DNA of 64,000 bases from Promethearchaeati archaeon (GCA_013166775.1 JABLTJ010000001.1:1-64000), one strand, 5' to 3'; counted from the first letter of the stretch, positions 29,317 through 39,239 are shown. Program-made: numbers and translations. Notes: generated by a model from the sequence alone, not told the origin.

Positions 29317-30168
29317 TTATTGTTGCTCGCTCATAAATTTCTTGAGTCTATCAAGTTCCTTTAGCATCTCTTTCCTTAATGCAGCAATAGATGTGCTTTT
29401 AGCAAATAGATCTCCTTCTCCTTCTCCGGATGATGTTGATGCAGCGCCAGGAGGTTTAGGAGCTGGAATAGAAGGTGCTGGAATACTAGGTCCTGCAGCT
29501 GCTCCTGGAGGTTTTGGTGTAGGAGCTGGCATTGGAGGTGATGGTACTGATGTTGCTGGAGGAGTTTTTCCAACTGTTGGTGGTGGTGGAGGTGTTGCTC
29601 CTGCTGATGGCATTGGAGGGCTTGGTGGGCCTGCAGTTTTTCCAGACTTTGGTGTTGGAGGAGCTGGAGGTGCAACGCTAGTTTTAACCGCTGGTGTCTC
29701 AATCTTTGCATCACCTTTTATTTTACTTAAATAATCTCCTTGCATTTTCTTCAGTTCTTCTTCTAATTGAGATACTTCTACTTCTCTTGTAGTTTTCTCA
29801 ATTTCATCTTCTATTTTCTTAACATCAGATGCATATCTCACTGATAATCTTCCAAAGATTGTCTCACTTATTTCCTTCTTTCTATTGGCATCAGACAATG
29901 CTCGTTGCCCTGCTTCGAATTTAGCTTTTTCAATCTTTAATATAGCGATTCTTTCTGCAGGTGGGATATCACTTGGAGTAGGTATATCCGTTTCTAAATC
30001 TAGATCAAGTAATGAAGGTCCTTTTCCTTTCTTATATACTTTAGTTGTTAGAAACACTACTAACGCACTTAAGATGGTAAATATAACAACAAGATAAATT
30101 AGCATTTTTAAACCAGCATCAGTTAAACCGACTGGAGGTAAATTAGCAAACCACTCTGTAATCGACAT
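29317..30168 (-). CDS. Membrane-anchored coiled-coil and proline-rich protein with C-terminal WH2-like helix
   Basis: TM at aa ~22-41, helical/coiled-coil aa ~72-150, Pro-rich aa ~159-240, C-terminal STSIAALRKEMLKELDRLKKF; function inferred. Confidence 0.75.
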   Translation of the reverse strand: MSITEWFANLPPVGLTDAGLKMLIYLVVIFTILSALVVFLTTKVYKKGKGPSLLDLDLETDIPTPSDIPPAERIAILKIEKAKFEAGQRALSDANRKKEISETIFGRLSVRYASDVKKIEDEIEKTTREVEVSQLEEELKKMQGDYLSKIKGDAKIETPAVKTSVAPPAPPTPKSGKTAGPPSPPMPSAGATPPPPPTVGKTPPATSVPSPPMPAPTPKPPGAAAGPSIPAPSIPAPKPPGAASTSSGEGEGDLFAKSTSIAALRKEMLKELDRLKKFMSEQQ

Positions 30169-30323
30169 ATCCTTGCCTCTGAATTTTATATATTTAGAAA
30201 CTTTTTATTTCTTTGTCTATTATTATCCATATTATAATATAAAGTCTATTAATGTTGCCAAGTGAAAAATTGAAATCAAATTTTGATTTTTCATGAAAGG
30301 AAATTAGAAAATCATTTTGTTAT

Positions 30324-30971
30324 TTATGCTTTTTTTGCTTCTAATATCGCCTTTACTCTCTTCAATCTTGAAAAAGTCTCTCTTTCTTGTTCTTCAAGAG
30401 TGCTGGCAATAAATGTTGCTGTTGCTATTAGCTTTGGAATAAGAATATAGTTCAGAGCATTAACTCTTCTCTTTGTCTTATTAATTTCCAATGCAAGTTT
30501 CTCAAGAAGCGTCATTTTTTCAGCCATAATCATTAAAGTCTTCAAGGATTTTCGGAAGAAAATTATAGCTCTATCAAGTTGAGCACTTGAACTGGATAAG
30601 CCGTAAAATACATCCTCGCCATCTTTCTGAATTTCCTCTACAACAAAACGTGGGGATCTTACTCCCATTATACTTACAGTTTGTGTTTTGATTTCTAAAA
30701 CAGCAGGAGCATATAATGCTAAATCTCTTATTCTATCTGGTCCTAGAATCATTTCAGCTTTGGCTAAGGATTGATAAGCGATTAACAGTTCTTCCTCAAC
30801 TTGTTTTCTAGCTTGGCGGACTTCATCTTTAATTGCATACAACTCAATTACTAACGCATCCATTTTTTCCTTTAGGAGATCATGGCCTTTCTGAGCTAAT
30901 CGTATTCTAGCTCTAGTATCGAGTAGTTCCATTCTTGTTGCACTTATTGTGCCGAATTCAGGCGTCGCCAT
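30324..30971 (-). CDS. atpD: A/V-type ATP synthase subunit D
   Basis: TRMELL...A..GH.LLKEK.DAL, MGV..P, EI.KTKRRVNAL...LIP and ERE.F.RLK motifs. Confidence 0.95.
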   Translation of the reverse strand: MATPEFGTISATRMELLDTRARIRLAQKGHDLLKEKMDALVIELYAIKDEVRQARKQVEEELLIAYQSLAKAEMILGPDRIRDLALYAPAVLEIKTQTVSIMGVRSPRFVVEEIQKDGEDVFYGLSSSSAQLDRAIIFFRKSLKTLMIMAEKMTLLEKLALEINKTKRRVNALNYILIPKLIATATFIASTLEEQERETFSRLKRVKAILEAKKA

Positions 30972-31096
30972 TATCGAGGAGTTTGAAAATCATAATATAT
31001 AGTTTTTGATAAGTAGAGGATAACCTTGTGATGTATGGAAAGGTATTTTATAGAATTATTTTACCATCATTAAAAATAAGACAAATGTGACGATGA

Positions 31097-31699
31097 ATGA
31101 AAAGCGACATTTATGATAGAGCAAAAGATTCCAAAGAAATGGTTTTTCCAGGAACTCGCCTTGCTGTTACTGAAGAGTTCGTGTGTGGTTCTGGTACTTA
31201 TTCAACAGAAAATTACATCTTCGCTTCAGTTACAGGACATGTAGTCATAAATTTGGAACACCATGAAATTTCAGTGATGCCTAAAGCTAAAATGACGCCC
31301 GTTCCTAAGGTAGGAGACATTTTCATAGGTGGTGTTGTTAATTTATCGCGTCAGATGGCAACAATATCTGTTGGTGTTATTAATAACGTTGCAATTTATC
31401 CAACATACACTTTAGTCTTACATGTATCTCAAGTTTCTCGAGAATATATAGAAACAGCTGATGAGGTATTAAGATACGGGGATGCTGTTCGAGGGAAGAT
31501 TCTTGATGCAAAGACTATACCTTTACAAGGATCTTTAATTGGATCACAATTGGGGGTTATATTTGCGTTTTGTTCTTTATGCGGTACAAGATTAAATAAG
31601 ATAGGTCGAGACAAATTAAAGTGTCCTGAATGTTCAAACATTGAGAAAAGGAAAACTACTATTGATTACGGAAGCGGAGATTTAGCTTTCAAATTATAA
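31097..31699 (+). CDS. csl4: Exosome RNA-binding subunit Csl4
   Basis: V.PG..L...EEF..G.GTY, S1 domain, LGVI.A.CS.CG...C..C...E.RK Zn ribbon. Confidence 0.93.
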   Translation: MKSDIYDRAKDSKEMVFPGTRLAVTEEFVCGSGTYSTENYIFASVTGHVVINLEHHEISVMPKAKMTPVPKVGDIFIGGVVNLSRQMATISVGVINNVAIYPTYTLVLHVSQVSREYIETADEVLRYGDAVRGKILDAKTIPLQGSLIGSQLGVIFAFCSLCGTRLNKIGRDKLKCPECSNIEKRKTTIDYGSGDLAFKL

Positions 31700-31720
31700 A
31701 ATTAACAATAAAGATGAAAG

Positions 31721-32419
31721 GTGAGTTTTTTGGCAAAGGCTACAATGAAAGAGATTCACATTAACTTTCCTCACAAAAAACATCTTGAACACTTCATAGA
31801 GGTGTTATCAACAGCTCTAAAACATGTAGAATTTACACTAACATATAAACAAGGTGTGCTTAAACTTCGTATTATAGGAGAAAGAGATGCAGTAATCGAA
31901 TCTGTGAATATTGCAAAATCTGCTGGTAAAATGTTTGTTGGATCTATGACTCCTAACAAAGACGGTTTTTATGTTCATCATCTCCGTTTAATACAACAAA
32001 TAAGCACTAGAATTATATCTATTGATAGTATTAGTTCTGCTTTAACCCACTCTGGAAATGAATCCTTTGTTAGAGGGCAAGAGTTATTCACAAAAGCAAG
32101 CATGCAAGAAGTTCAATACATTCTATCAGAATTATATGATTTAATTCAGGAGTTTCCAAGAACAATTCGAACTCAAACAATGAAAAAAGTGCTTCTGACA
32201 ATAAGCTATGTTACTGATTATCCTCATGAATTCATTATTGATAAAGGCTTATCCCTTGGTTACTTCAAACAAAAAAACGAATCTATAATTATCAATGTAG
32301 CACCTGATCAATGTATAGAGGGTCTAATTGAAAAGTTATCTGATGATAAAACAAAGAAAGAACTCAATCAATATATTAAAGAGCAAAATTCATCACGTAG
32401 AATATATATTCGAGATTGA
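31721..32419 (+). CDS. Conserved archaeal protein (DUF2067-like)
   Basis: Sits between csl4 and rpo11, a known archaeal arrangement; family call is from context and weak similarity. Confidence 0.5.
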   Translation: MSFLAKATMKEIHINFPHKKHLEHFIEVLSTALKHVEFTLTYKQGVLKLRIIGERDAVIESVNIAKSAGKMFVGSMTPNKDGFYVHHLRLIQQISTRIISIDSISSALTHSGNESFVRGQELFTKASMQEVQYILSELYDLIQEFPRTIRTQTMKKVLLTISYVTDYPHEFIIDKGLSLGYFKQKNESIIINVAPDQCIEGLIEKLSDDKTKKELNQYIKEQNSSRRIYIRD

Positions 32420-32485
32420 TATAATAAATCTCATAACTAAAAAAATATATAAATTCGATAGAAAAAAGTCTCGCGAGGCAAGAAG

Positions 32486-32770
32486 ATGCAGATAAAAGTT
32501 CTGAAAAAGGATAAAGGATATGTAAAACTGAATATAAAACAAACTGACCCTCATACATTATTTAATCTTTTAAGAGAAGAGTTGTTAAAAGACGATGCTG
32601 TAGATTTTGCAGGATATTGGAGAGATGAATCTTTTTACGAATCAGTTGTTTTTCAAGTCAAGATGAAGAAAAAAACTGCAGATCCTATACCCGCAATTCA
32701 TAGTGCTTTAGACAGGTTAAGAAAACAAACAGATGAATTTGTTAAAATCTGTAAAGAAAAAATCGAATAA
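32486..32770 (+). CDS. rpoL: RNA polymerase subunit Rpo11 (L)
   Basis: HTLFNLLREELL.D..V.FAGY...P..AI..A motif. Confidence 0.9.
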   Translation: MQIKVLKKDKGYVKLNIKQTDPHTLFNLLREELLKDDAVDFAGYWRDESFYESVVFQVKMKKKTADPIPAIHSALDRLRKQTDEFVKICKEKIE

Positions 32771-33215
32771 AAGAGGATGGAGTCTTTTGGACGCATCTTT
32801 CATTAATACTTTAAAATTTGAGGAAATATTTTCTAGCAATGATTTTGCTAAATTTGGTGATTCAGTTGTTAATTTTATCTACAATGCTGCAATTTTTGAA
32901 GCACAGACAAAGTTACAAGGAATAAAAGTCTGGGATTCTTGCCTTGCTGAAGCATGCAAGAAATCTCCTTTGAGGAGTTATATTGGAAGCAGAAAGAATA
33001 AAGGTGAGCTAGGGGATGCTGTCGAAGCTTTCATTGGCTATATCTATTTAACGCACAAATTTCCACTAAACCAAATGATTGATATTTTAGCCAAATACCT
33101 AAAACATAGAAGCGGTCATGACGAAAAAAACGAACAAGAATTGTGTTCTGCAGCTTTCATTCATCTAGTTAATCATCTATGTGATAAACTAGGTATAGTA
33201 GATAAATTAATGTAA
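32733..33215 (+). CDS. Archaeal ribonuclease III-like protein
   Basis: AKFGDS.VNFIY...G.KV....LA.A and GDAVEA motifs; true start probably near 32787. Confidence 0.78.
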   Translation: MNLLKSVKKKSNKRGWSLLDASFINTLKFEEIFSSNDFAKFGDSVVNFIYNAAIFEAQTKLQGIKVWDSCLAEACKKSPLRSYIGSRKNKGELGDAVEAFIGYIYLTHKFPLNQMIDILAKYLKHRSGHDEKNEQELCSAAFIHLVNHLCDKLGIVDKLM

Positions 33216-33231
33216 ATACGTATTCTGATTT

Positions 33232-33813
33232 TCATATTATGTAATTTTTGAAACTCTGTCCGATCATATCTGCTAATCTTAATCCTTCAGGAATTGAACT
33301 GGAATAAGTAGTGAATTGAAGAAGTTCTTTAACTTCTTTCTCATCTTTAAACCCAATATATTGAACAAACATTTTGCAGATTCTACTCATTTGATTCTTA
33401 AATTCCATTTTTTGCAAAGGGGGATTGAATTTTAAAATCTTATAACGTTCTTCCCAATCTACTAAATGAGATAAAGCACTTTTAACCTCTTTTTCATTCG
33501 GAAGTTGGGATAATACAGTTATCACAGGAATTGAAGTGTTTTCATGAAGTTTTTTCAAATCAATTATATTAAAAGCAGCAATAGTTGAGCTCCCAAGGAT
33601 TATAGCTTTTAGTTGATCTATGAATTTGCTTTCGTTTATCATCTTACTTATCTTCTCTGTTGCATCTAATCCATCAATCTTGATATTTGTGCGCAGTATT
33701 CCCTCCACCAAACTATGCCCTCTCATTATCACTCCAAAAACAAAAGTCTTCTTAGAGTTTTCTCTCTGAAAAGCTGCATCGTCAATACCAATTGTACGTA
33801 TATCTTTTTTCAC
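33232..33813 (-). CDS. DUF99 (endonuclease V-like) protein
   Basis: R.IGIDD..F, DGLDAT, FNIID and IPE.LRLA motifs. Confidence 0.85.
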   Translation of the reverse strand: MKKDIRTIGIDDAAFQRENSKKTFVFGVIMRGHSLVEGILRTNIKIDGLDATEKISKMINESKFIDQLKAIILGSSTIAAFNIIDLKKLHENTSIPVITVLSQLPNEKEVKSALSHLVDWEERYKILKFNPPLQKMEFKNQMSRICKMFVQYIGFKDEKEVKELLQFTTYSSSIPEGLRLADMIGQSFKNYII

Positions 33814-33872
33814 AATTAAGTTAAGGTTAATTAAGTTTTTAAATATGGGGAATACAAAGAGTAATGATTTGA

Positions 33873-34661
33873 ATGAGTAGAAGAAACCTTCCAGAAAAAG
33901 GGGCTTTGGTAATGGGTACTGTGAAAAGTATCTTCGATCATGGTGTCTATGTTGATCTAGATGAATATGATGATCTCCAAGCTTACTGTCATGTTTCAGA
34001 AGTAAGTTCCACTTGGGTAAGAAACATCAGAAATGTTATGAGGTTGGGGAAGAAGGTTGTAGGACGTGTAATGAGGGTAAAGGAAAATCAAATTGATATT
34101 AGTATTAAACGAGTTTCTGATGAACTTAAACGAACCAAAGTTGAAGAATGGAAACATTACAAAACCGCTATTACTCTTCTAGAGATGGCAGCGAAACAAA
34201 GAAAAATAAACTTAGAAACAGCACGTACAGAAGTAGAAGATGCAAGTGATGAATTTTATGGCAGTTTGTTTCATGCGTTTGAGGAATCGCTTTTCAAAGG
34301 AGAAAGCGTTTTTACAGATGCTGGGATATCTGAAGAATGGGCAAAAGTTCTTGCAGATATTGCTCGAAAGAATCTTACCATTCCTAAGGTTGCTATTACT
34401 AGAGATGTGGAAATCATTTGTTGGGAAGGGGATGGTATCAATACAATAAAGAAAGCGTTGAAAGATGCTCTTAAAGCAAGAGAAGAAATAGATGCTGGAG
34501 AAAAAGAACTAGATCTTGAGTTGTATGTAAGAGGGGCTCCTGTTTATAGATTTATGATATCTGCAAGAGATTATCAACTAGCCGAACAATTAATGTCTCT
34601 AGCTTATGAGAATATAGAAAAATCCCTTGCTAATCATAATGCATCTGCTAAAATACTATAG
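33873..34661 (+). CDS. eif2a: Translation initiation factor 2 subunit alpha
   Basis: S1 domain with SEVSSTWVRNIR, IDISIKRV and GAP.YR. Confidence 0.95.
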   Translation: MSRRNLPEKGALVMGTVKSIFDHGVYVDLDEYDDLQAYCHVSEVSSTWVRNIRNVMRLGKKVVGRVMRVKENQIDISIKRVSDELKRTKVEEWKHYKTAITLLEMAAKQRKINLETARTEVEDASDEFYGSLFHAFEESLFKGESVFTDAGISEEWAKVLADIARKNLTIPKVAITRDVEIICWEGDGINTIKKALKDALKAREEIDAGEKELDLELYVRGAPVYRFMISARDYQLAEQLMSLAYENIEKSLANHNASAKIL

Positions 34662-34681
34662 AGAATATTACGTGAAAGAAA

Positions 34682-34852
34682 ATGACAAAATCAATTTTAA
34701 GATGCGCTGAATGTAAAAAATATACTTTGGAAAGCACAGAATGCTCCGTTTGTGGGGGAAGAGTAATCTCTCCTCAACCAGCTAGATTTTCTTTAGAGAA
34801 AGAGAGAAAATACTCAAAATATAGAAGAAAGTTGATTAAGGAACAACAGTAA
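34682..34852 (+). CDS. nop10: H/ACA RNP protein Nop10
   Basis: Not in ORF track. MTKSILRCAECKKYTLESTECSVCGGRVISPQPARFSLEKERKYSKYRRKLIKEQQ, in the usual position after aIF2-alpha. Confidence 0.93.
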   Translation: MTKSILRCAECKKYTLESTECSVCGGRVISPQPARFSLEKERKYSKYRRKLIKEQQ

Positions 34853-34873
34853 TCTATTCGATGTTCGTAGGCC

Positions 34874-35473
34874 TCAAGCACTACGCAAAATGGCTATTTT
34901 GATGATATGATGTTTTTTCTTATGGAAGGAATACATTCTTGGTATTTCGAATTCAGCAGTTATTACCTCCGTAACCTCTTTATTGTGTTTTCGAATAAAA
35001 TCAATTAAGAACTCGATATTTTTCTGTTGGTATAAATGGATAGAATAACAAGTTTTTGAGTTTTTAAGAGCTGATAGTAGAAATATCTGATCCTTATGAG
35101 CTCCTTGAATACCAAATGGACTATTCATTAAAATTGTATCAACTTTTATTTTAGTTTCTCTTACATCTTTACAAAGAAAGATGATGTCTACTCCAGAAAT
35201 TTGTGCGTTTTTTTCAGCTATTTTCAAAGCTTCGTTATCGATTTCAATTCCGTAAACCTTAGATCCTCCTAATTTTGCAGCGGATATTGCAAATAATCCA
35301 GTACCACAACAAAAATCTGCAACCATTTTATTTTCAATATCTCCTAATTGAAAAGCTCTCCATGCAATCATAGCTACTAACCGCGGTGGAGTTTGGTATT
35401 GTTCCAATTGTACTTTAGGATTTTCAAAATTATGAAGTTTTGAAAGCATAATTTCCAATTCTTTTTGTTTCAT
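34874..35473 (-). CDS. METTL5-family RNA methyltransferase
   Basis: PKVQLEQYQTP, D.CCGTG, NSPFG and AEFEIP..Y.FH motifs. Confidence 0.9.
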   Translation of the reverse strand: MKQKELEIMLSKLHNFENPKVQLEQYQTPPRLVAMIAWRAFQLGDIENKMVADFCCGTGLFAISAAKLGGSKVYGIEIDNEALKIAEKNAQISGVDIIFLCKDVRETKIKVDTILMNSPFGIQGAHKDQIFLLSALKNSKTCYSIHLYQQKNIEFLIDFIRKHNKEVTEVITAEFEIPRMYSFHKKKHHIIKIAILRSA

Positions 35474-35482
35474 GTTGATACA

Positions 35483-36229
35483 CTATTCTTGAGTAGATAA
35501 TTGATTGAAAATTGTTCTAAAAATTCCAATCAAAGCATGAATCTCTTCCTTGTTTGTAAAACTTCTGTTGACAATATTTCTAAATGTGTGCTGTAAAATG
35601 GGTTTCCTATACTCTTCATAAGGTAAAACATCGGTTATTTGAGTGAATTTCTCAAAAAGAACCTCTCTCTCTTTGTAGGTAGATGTTTGCTTTTCAGCAA
35701 TTTGTAATTCCAATTCTAAAGGTGCTTTCCAAATTTCATAGACCATAATACCTACAGCATGAGAGATATTAAGCACCTTGTGCTTTCCTGGAACTGGAAT
35801 TGATACTAGAAAATCACACATCCGTAATTCTTCATTGGTTAATCCTTTATCTTCTCTCCCAAAAACTATCCCGAAATTGCCTTCATTCAAAATAATATTC
35901 TTACTTAGATGCCAAGGGAAAATTGGTTGTCTCAGAACATTATAGGAGCTTCCTGCTTTAGCTGATGTACCAATCAAGAAATCATACTCTCCTCTAATTT
36001 CATCAATTGAAGACAGGACTTTTGCACTTGTTAAGTAATTTCCTGAATGTTTTGCTCTAGCTTTTGCCTCATCTGAGAGGTGATCTACTTGAGGTGACAC
36101 TAGTACTAGCTTGTTAACATTGAAATTGTTACATATTCTTGCAATAGCACCTATGTTACCTGCAATTTTAGGCTCTAATATAATCACATCATAATTGATT
36201 TCTATTTTCTTTTCAAGCATCTGTATCAC
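35483..36229 (-). CDS. TrmJ-family tRNA 2'-O-methyltransferase (SPOUT)
   Basis: EP...GNIGAIAR...NF, FGRED.GLTNEEL..CD and LNISHAV motifs. Confidence 0.88.
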   Translation of the reverse strand: MIQMLEKKIEINYDVIILEPKIAGNIGAIARICNNFNVNKLVLVSPQVDHLSDEAKARAKHSGNYLTSAKVLSSIDEIRGEYDFLIGTSAKAGSSYNVLRQPIFPWHLSKNIILNEGNFGIVFGREDKGLTNEELRMCDFLVSIPVPGKHKVLNISHAVGIMVYEIWKAPLELELQIAEKQTSTYKEREVLFEKFTQITDVLPYEEYRKPILQHTFRNIVNRSFTNKEEIHALIGIFRTIFNQLSTQE

Positions 36230-36842
36230 TAAGTTCTGATTTAACTAAATATAATTTTTCGAAGAACATGTTAATTTCGTCTATGATTTGTACAGAAAAT
36301 CCCGTATCTTCAATGTCGTGCAAATCTTCTTTACTCCAAGCAAGAGAAGAGAATAAAGTGTAGAAACTCGTCCTAATCTTGTTTTGTTTAAGATATTTGA
36401 ATAATTCATAGACCTCTTCATATCCTTTTTTTCCTCCAATCAGCATTTTCTTATCCTCAAATGAAAATGAATCTGTATCTTCGTCTGATGGAAGATAAGG
36501 GGGGTTCCAGATAATAATATCTGGACAAAACTGTCTTAGTGCTTGCATTTTATCCATGCAGACAGCATCTATCTGTTTTTCTAAATGGTTAAGTCTGGAA
36601 TTCTTATAAATTGTTTTTACTGAACTCAAAGATATATCAGTAATTAGACATCTGAGTTTTGGATTTCTATGAGCTAAAACAATAGAAATGATGCCACTTC
36701 CACCACCAATTTCTAGCAAAAATCTATAATCTTCTATGATCTCAATTGAATTGAGAATAAGAAAAGTATCCTCTTCTGGAAAATATACGTCTTCAGGAAT
36801 TTCCAATTTTATTTCATATTTAGGGAAAATATATCTGACCAC
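36213..36842 (-). CDS. HemK2/N6AMT1-like methyltransferase (release factor Gln methylase family)
   Basis: VY.P.EDTFL, LEIG.GSG, NPPYLP, GG..G and FFE.L motifs. Confidence 0.85.
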   Translation of the reverse strand: MVRYIFPKYEIKLEIPEDVYFPEEDTFLILNSIEIIEDYRFLLEIGGGSGIISIVLAHRNPKLRCLITDISLSSVKTIYKNSRLNHLEKQIDAVCMDKMQALRQFCPDIIIWNPPYLPSDEDTDSFSFEDKKMLIGGKKGYEEVYELFKYLKQNKIRTSFYTLFSSLAWSKEDLHDIEDTGFSVQIIDEINMFFEKLYLVKSELSDTDA

Positions 36843-37699
36843 AAATCTTCGCCTATTTTAGTTCTGATAAATTTGTACAAATCAATAAGTTCTACTAAAG
36901 AGAGTGTAAAAATCCTTCGTTCTAAGTACGGTAAATTGTTTACTATTTTATTTCTAAGCTCTCCATATCCCTTTCTTTTTAATAAATTGGTAATAATGCT
37001 TCGTAAGATTTTCTTCTTATGAGAAAAAATAAGCGTTATAAAATTATCAAAATCAGAGTTCATATTGACTGTAATCTTTTCTTTTCTTTTCATTGATACA
37101 ATAGCTGAGTCAATTTTCGGAGCTGGATAAAAGGAAGACGGTTTTACGGTTTTTAGATATTGACATTCTGATTTTAGATTTATCATTACAGTAAGTCTGG
37201 AATAATCTTTTGTCCCAACCTTTGCAAAAAACCTTTGAGCGAATTCTCTTTGAAACATTAAAATCGCAAAATCAAATTTCTTTTCCAATAACTTGAATGT
37301 TATTGGAGATGATATTTGATAAGGTAAATTAGAAACACACTTTGTAAAAGTGGGAAATTCAACTTTTACTGCATCTCCCTGGATAACCTCTACGTTTGAT
37401 GAGGTACTGAATTTATCTGATAAAAAACCAGCAAACTTGATGTCGGATTCTATGACATAAACGAATTTTGCTCTGTTTACTAAACATCTAGTGAGGTTTC
37501 CAACACCACCTCCTATCTCAAGAATGGTGTCAGAAGGTTTGATATTTGCATGATCCACTTGGAAATTTATGATGCTAGCACTTATGAGAAAATTCTGACC
37601 TTTGTGGTAATAAGGTTTAGATTCCATCTCTTTTAAGCTATCAAAAACATACTTCCTCAATTCAGACGAGGTTTTCCAACATTCCATTACTCTTACCAT
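36809..37699 (-). CDS. rsmA: 16S rRNA adenine dimethyltransferase (KsgA/Dim1)
   Basis: GQNFL, LEIG.G.G.LT, SNLPYQISSP, MFQREFA.R and F.P.PKIDS motifs. Confidence 0.95.
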   Translation of the reverse strand: MVRVMECWKTSSELRKYVFDSLKEMESKPYYHKGQNFLISASIINFQVDHANIKPSDTILEIGGGVGNLTRCLVNRAKFVYVIESDIKFAGFLSDKFSTSSNVEVIQGDAVKVEFPTFTKCVSNLPYQISSPITFKLLEKKFDFAILMFQREFAQRFFAKVGTKDYSRLTVMINLKSECQYLKTVKPSSFYPAPKIDSAIVSMKRKEKITVNMNSDFDNFITLIFSHKKKILRSIITNLLKRKGYGELRNKIVNNLPYLERRIFTLSLVELIDLYKFIRTKIGEDLWSDIFSLNMK

Positions 37700-37710
37700 A
37701 CAATCTAATA

Positions 37711-38400
37711 TTATTTTCTTGGACCCGTTTCTGGATTTGCTGTGAATAATCTGTGTTTTTCGTCTTCTTCTAATTCTTGTATGACTCTATTTAGAACCAT
37801 TTTACGAATGTCCGATATTTTTACCCTTTCTTCAACATCAATGAAAGAAACAAAAGGCATTCCTTTTCTGGTTTGTAATATTTCCCACATTAGTTTTTTT
37901 CCAATTCCAGGGATTAGTTGTAAGGAATGAATGCGATTGGTTATGGGTTGTGCTTTGTTAAAGAATGAAACAAATCTCTTCTCATTCTTATTGATTATTT
38001 TCAATACTGCTTCTTCTAAGGATTGATATCCGGTATTAGTGATATCATTAATCGTGAGTCTTCGTTTCACTTGTTTAATTGGAGATTTTTCACTAACTTT
38101 CGGTAGAGCAATTTCCTCAAACTGATTAAAAGATCCTCTTCTATCTGTTATCAATTCAAGCAGTGTAAACCATGTAGTTCCAATTCCTTGAATAATAGGT
38201 TCTCTTTGTTTATCTTGACCAAATCCCTTCCCTTCTGGCAAATAATCTAGTACTAATACTCGAGATTCTACTTTCTTAGATTGCTTTATGTGAGTAATTG
38301 GACCAATGATGAAATCATCGCTTTCACTACTCTTGTCCAGAATCTTATTTTTCTTAGGATGTCGGTTGTCTACCATCTTCCTCTCACCATAAATAAGCAA
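37711..38400 (-). CDS. DUF655 family putative RNA-binding protein
   Basis: VLDYLP.G, Q.IG...FTLLE, FFN.A.PIT.R.HSL.L.PGIGKK; usual rpo4-DUF655-rsmA context. Confidence 0.9.
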   Translation of the reverse strand: MLIYGERKMVDNRHPKKNKILDKSSESDDFIIGPITHIKQSKKVESRVLVLDYLPEGKGFGQDKQREPIIQGIGTTWFTLLELITDRRGSFNQFEEIALPKVSEKSPIKQVKRRLTINDITNTGYQSLEEAVLKIINKNEKRFVSFFNKAQPITNRIHSLQLIPGIGKKLMWEILQTRKGMPFVSFIDVEERVKISDIRKMVLNRVIQELEEDEKHRLFTANPETGPRK

Positions 38401-38454
38401 AGACCCAAAAAAAGTTTTTGTTCTCCTTTAAATCAAAAAATAGAATTTTTTATT

Positions 38455-38808
38455 CTATTTCTCCTTTTTATATTTCTCAATAAAGGGTTTGATAATGTCA
38501 AACATCTTTTTTATATCTGTTTCAGTCAGCATCGTTTGTTCTTTTTGTAGCAAGTCTTTTAGTTCCTCAGGAGATGGAGGGAGAATATTTGCAATAGTAA
38601 ATGCTGATAGTTCTGTTAGATCAAATTGCTTCTGTAATTTTGTTAGAATTTCTAGTGACTCTTCAGGCTCTATACGTGCATTTTGCATAGCATGCTCAAA
38701 AGCAACACGTTGCCAGTAAGAAAGCTCTGATTCTTCACTTCTCTGTTGTAAAATACGCATTGCTTCTGAAATTGTTGTTGGTTTTTTAGCAAGAACTTCT
38801 CTAGGCAT
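38455..38808 (-). CDS. rpoF: RNA polymerase subunit Rpo4 (F)
   Basis: ELSY.Q....EH and IANILP....EL motifs; follows eL21. Confidence 0.9.
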   Translation of the reverse strand: MPREVLAKKPTTISEAMRILQQRSEESELSYWQRVAFEHAMQNARIEPEESLEILTKLQKQFDLTELSAFTIANILPPSPEELKDLLQKEQTMLTETDIKKMFDIIKPFIEKYKKEK

Positions 38809-38820
38809 AAAATCACTATC

Positions 38821-39132
38821 CTAATTACTCTGTTGAATTACTGAACGACTTAAGCGTAAGTGTTCTCTATTAGCAATAATCTTCTTTATTGCTCTTCCTT
38901 GTTTTATTGATACTATGTAAGCTTTGCCCTGTTTTTTTGTAATCTCTCCGGTTTTTCCGTGATATCTTCTGTGGGGCATTCCCTTATGTTCTCCAGAATC
39001 AATAATAATATCTACAATATCTCCTTCATTAAAGTCTCTTAACAAATAGTCTGGAGGACGAAGACCCTTCTTTCTTGTATGTTTCTTGAAGAGACGTCTA
39101 GTACCATGACGATAACCTCTGGATTTTCGCAT
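38821..39132 (-). CDS. rpl21e: 50S ribosomal protein eL21
   Basis: S.GYR..TR and HKGMPHRRYHGKTG...EHL; start at MRKSRG (39132). Confidence 0.96.
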   Translation of the reverse strand: MRKSRGYRHGTRRLFKKHTRKKGLRPPDYLLRDFNEGDIVDIIIDSGEHKGMPHRRYHGKTGEITKKQGKAYIVSIKQGRAIKKIIANREHLRLSRSVIQQSN

Positions 39133-39239
39133 CGATAATTCACCTATTATTGTATAGTATCTTGTAAGTGTGCAAAATCCCTCACTGTAACTTTTAATCT
39201 TTTCGTTCTTCGTTTTAGAAAAAGTAGAGTATTTGTTTT

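Noticed and set aside
29312-29734. Gly-rich plus-strand ORF and Gln/His/Leu-rich alternate-frame ORF (29376-29714)
   Set aside because: Shadows of the Pro-rich coding region of 29317-30168.
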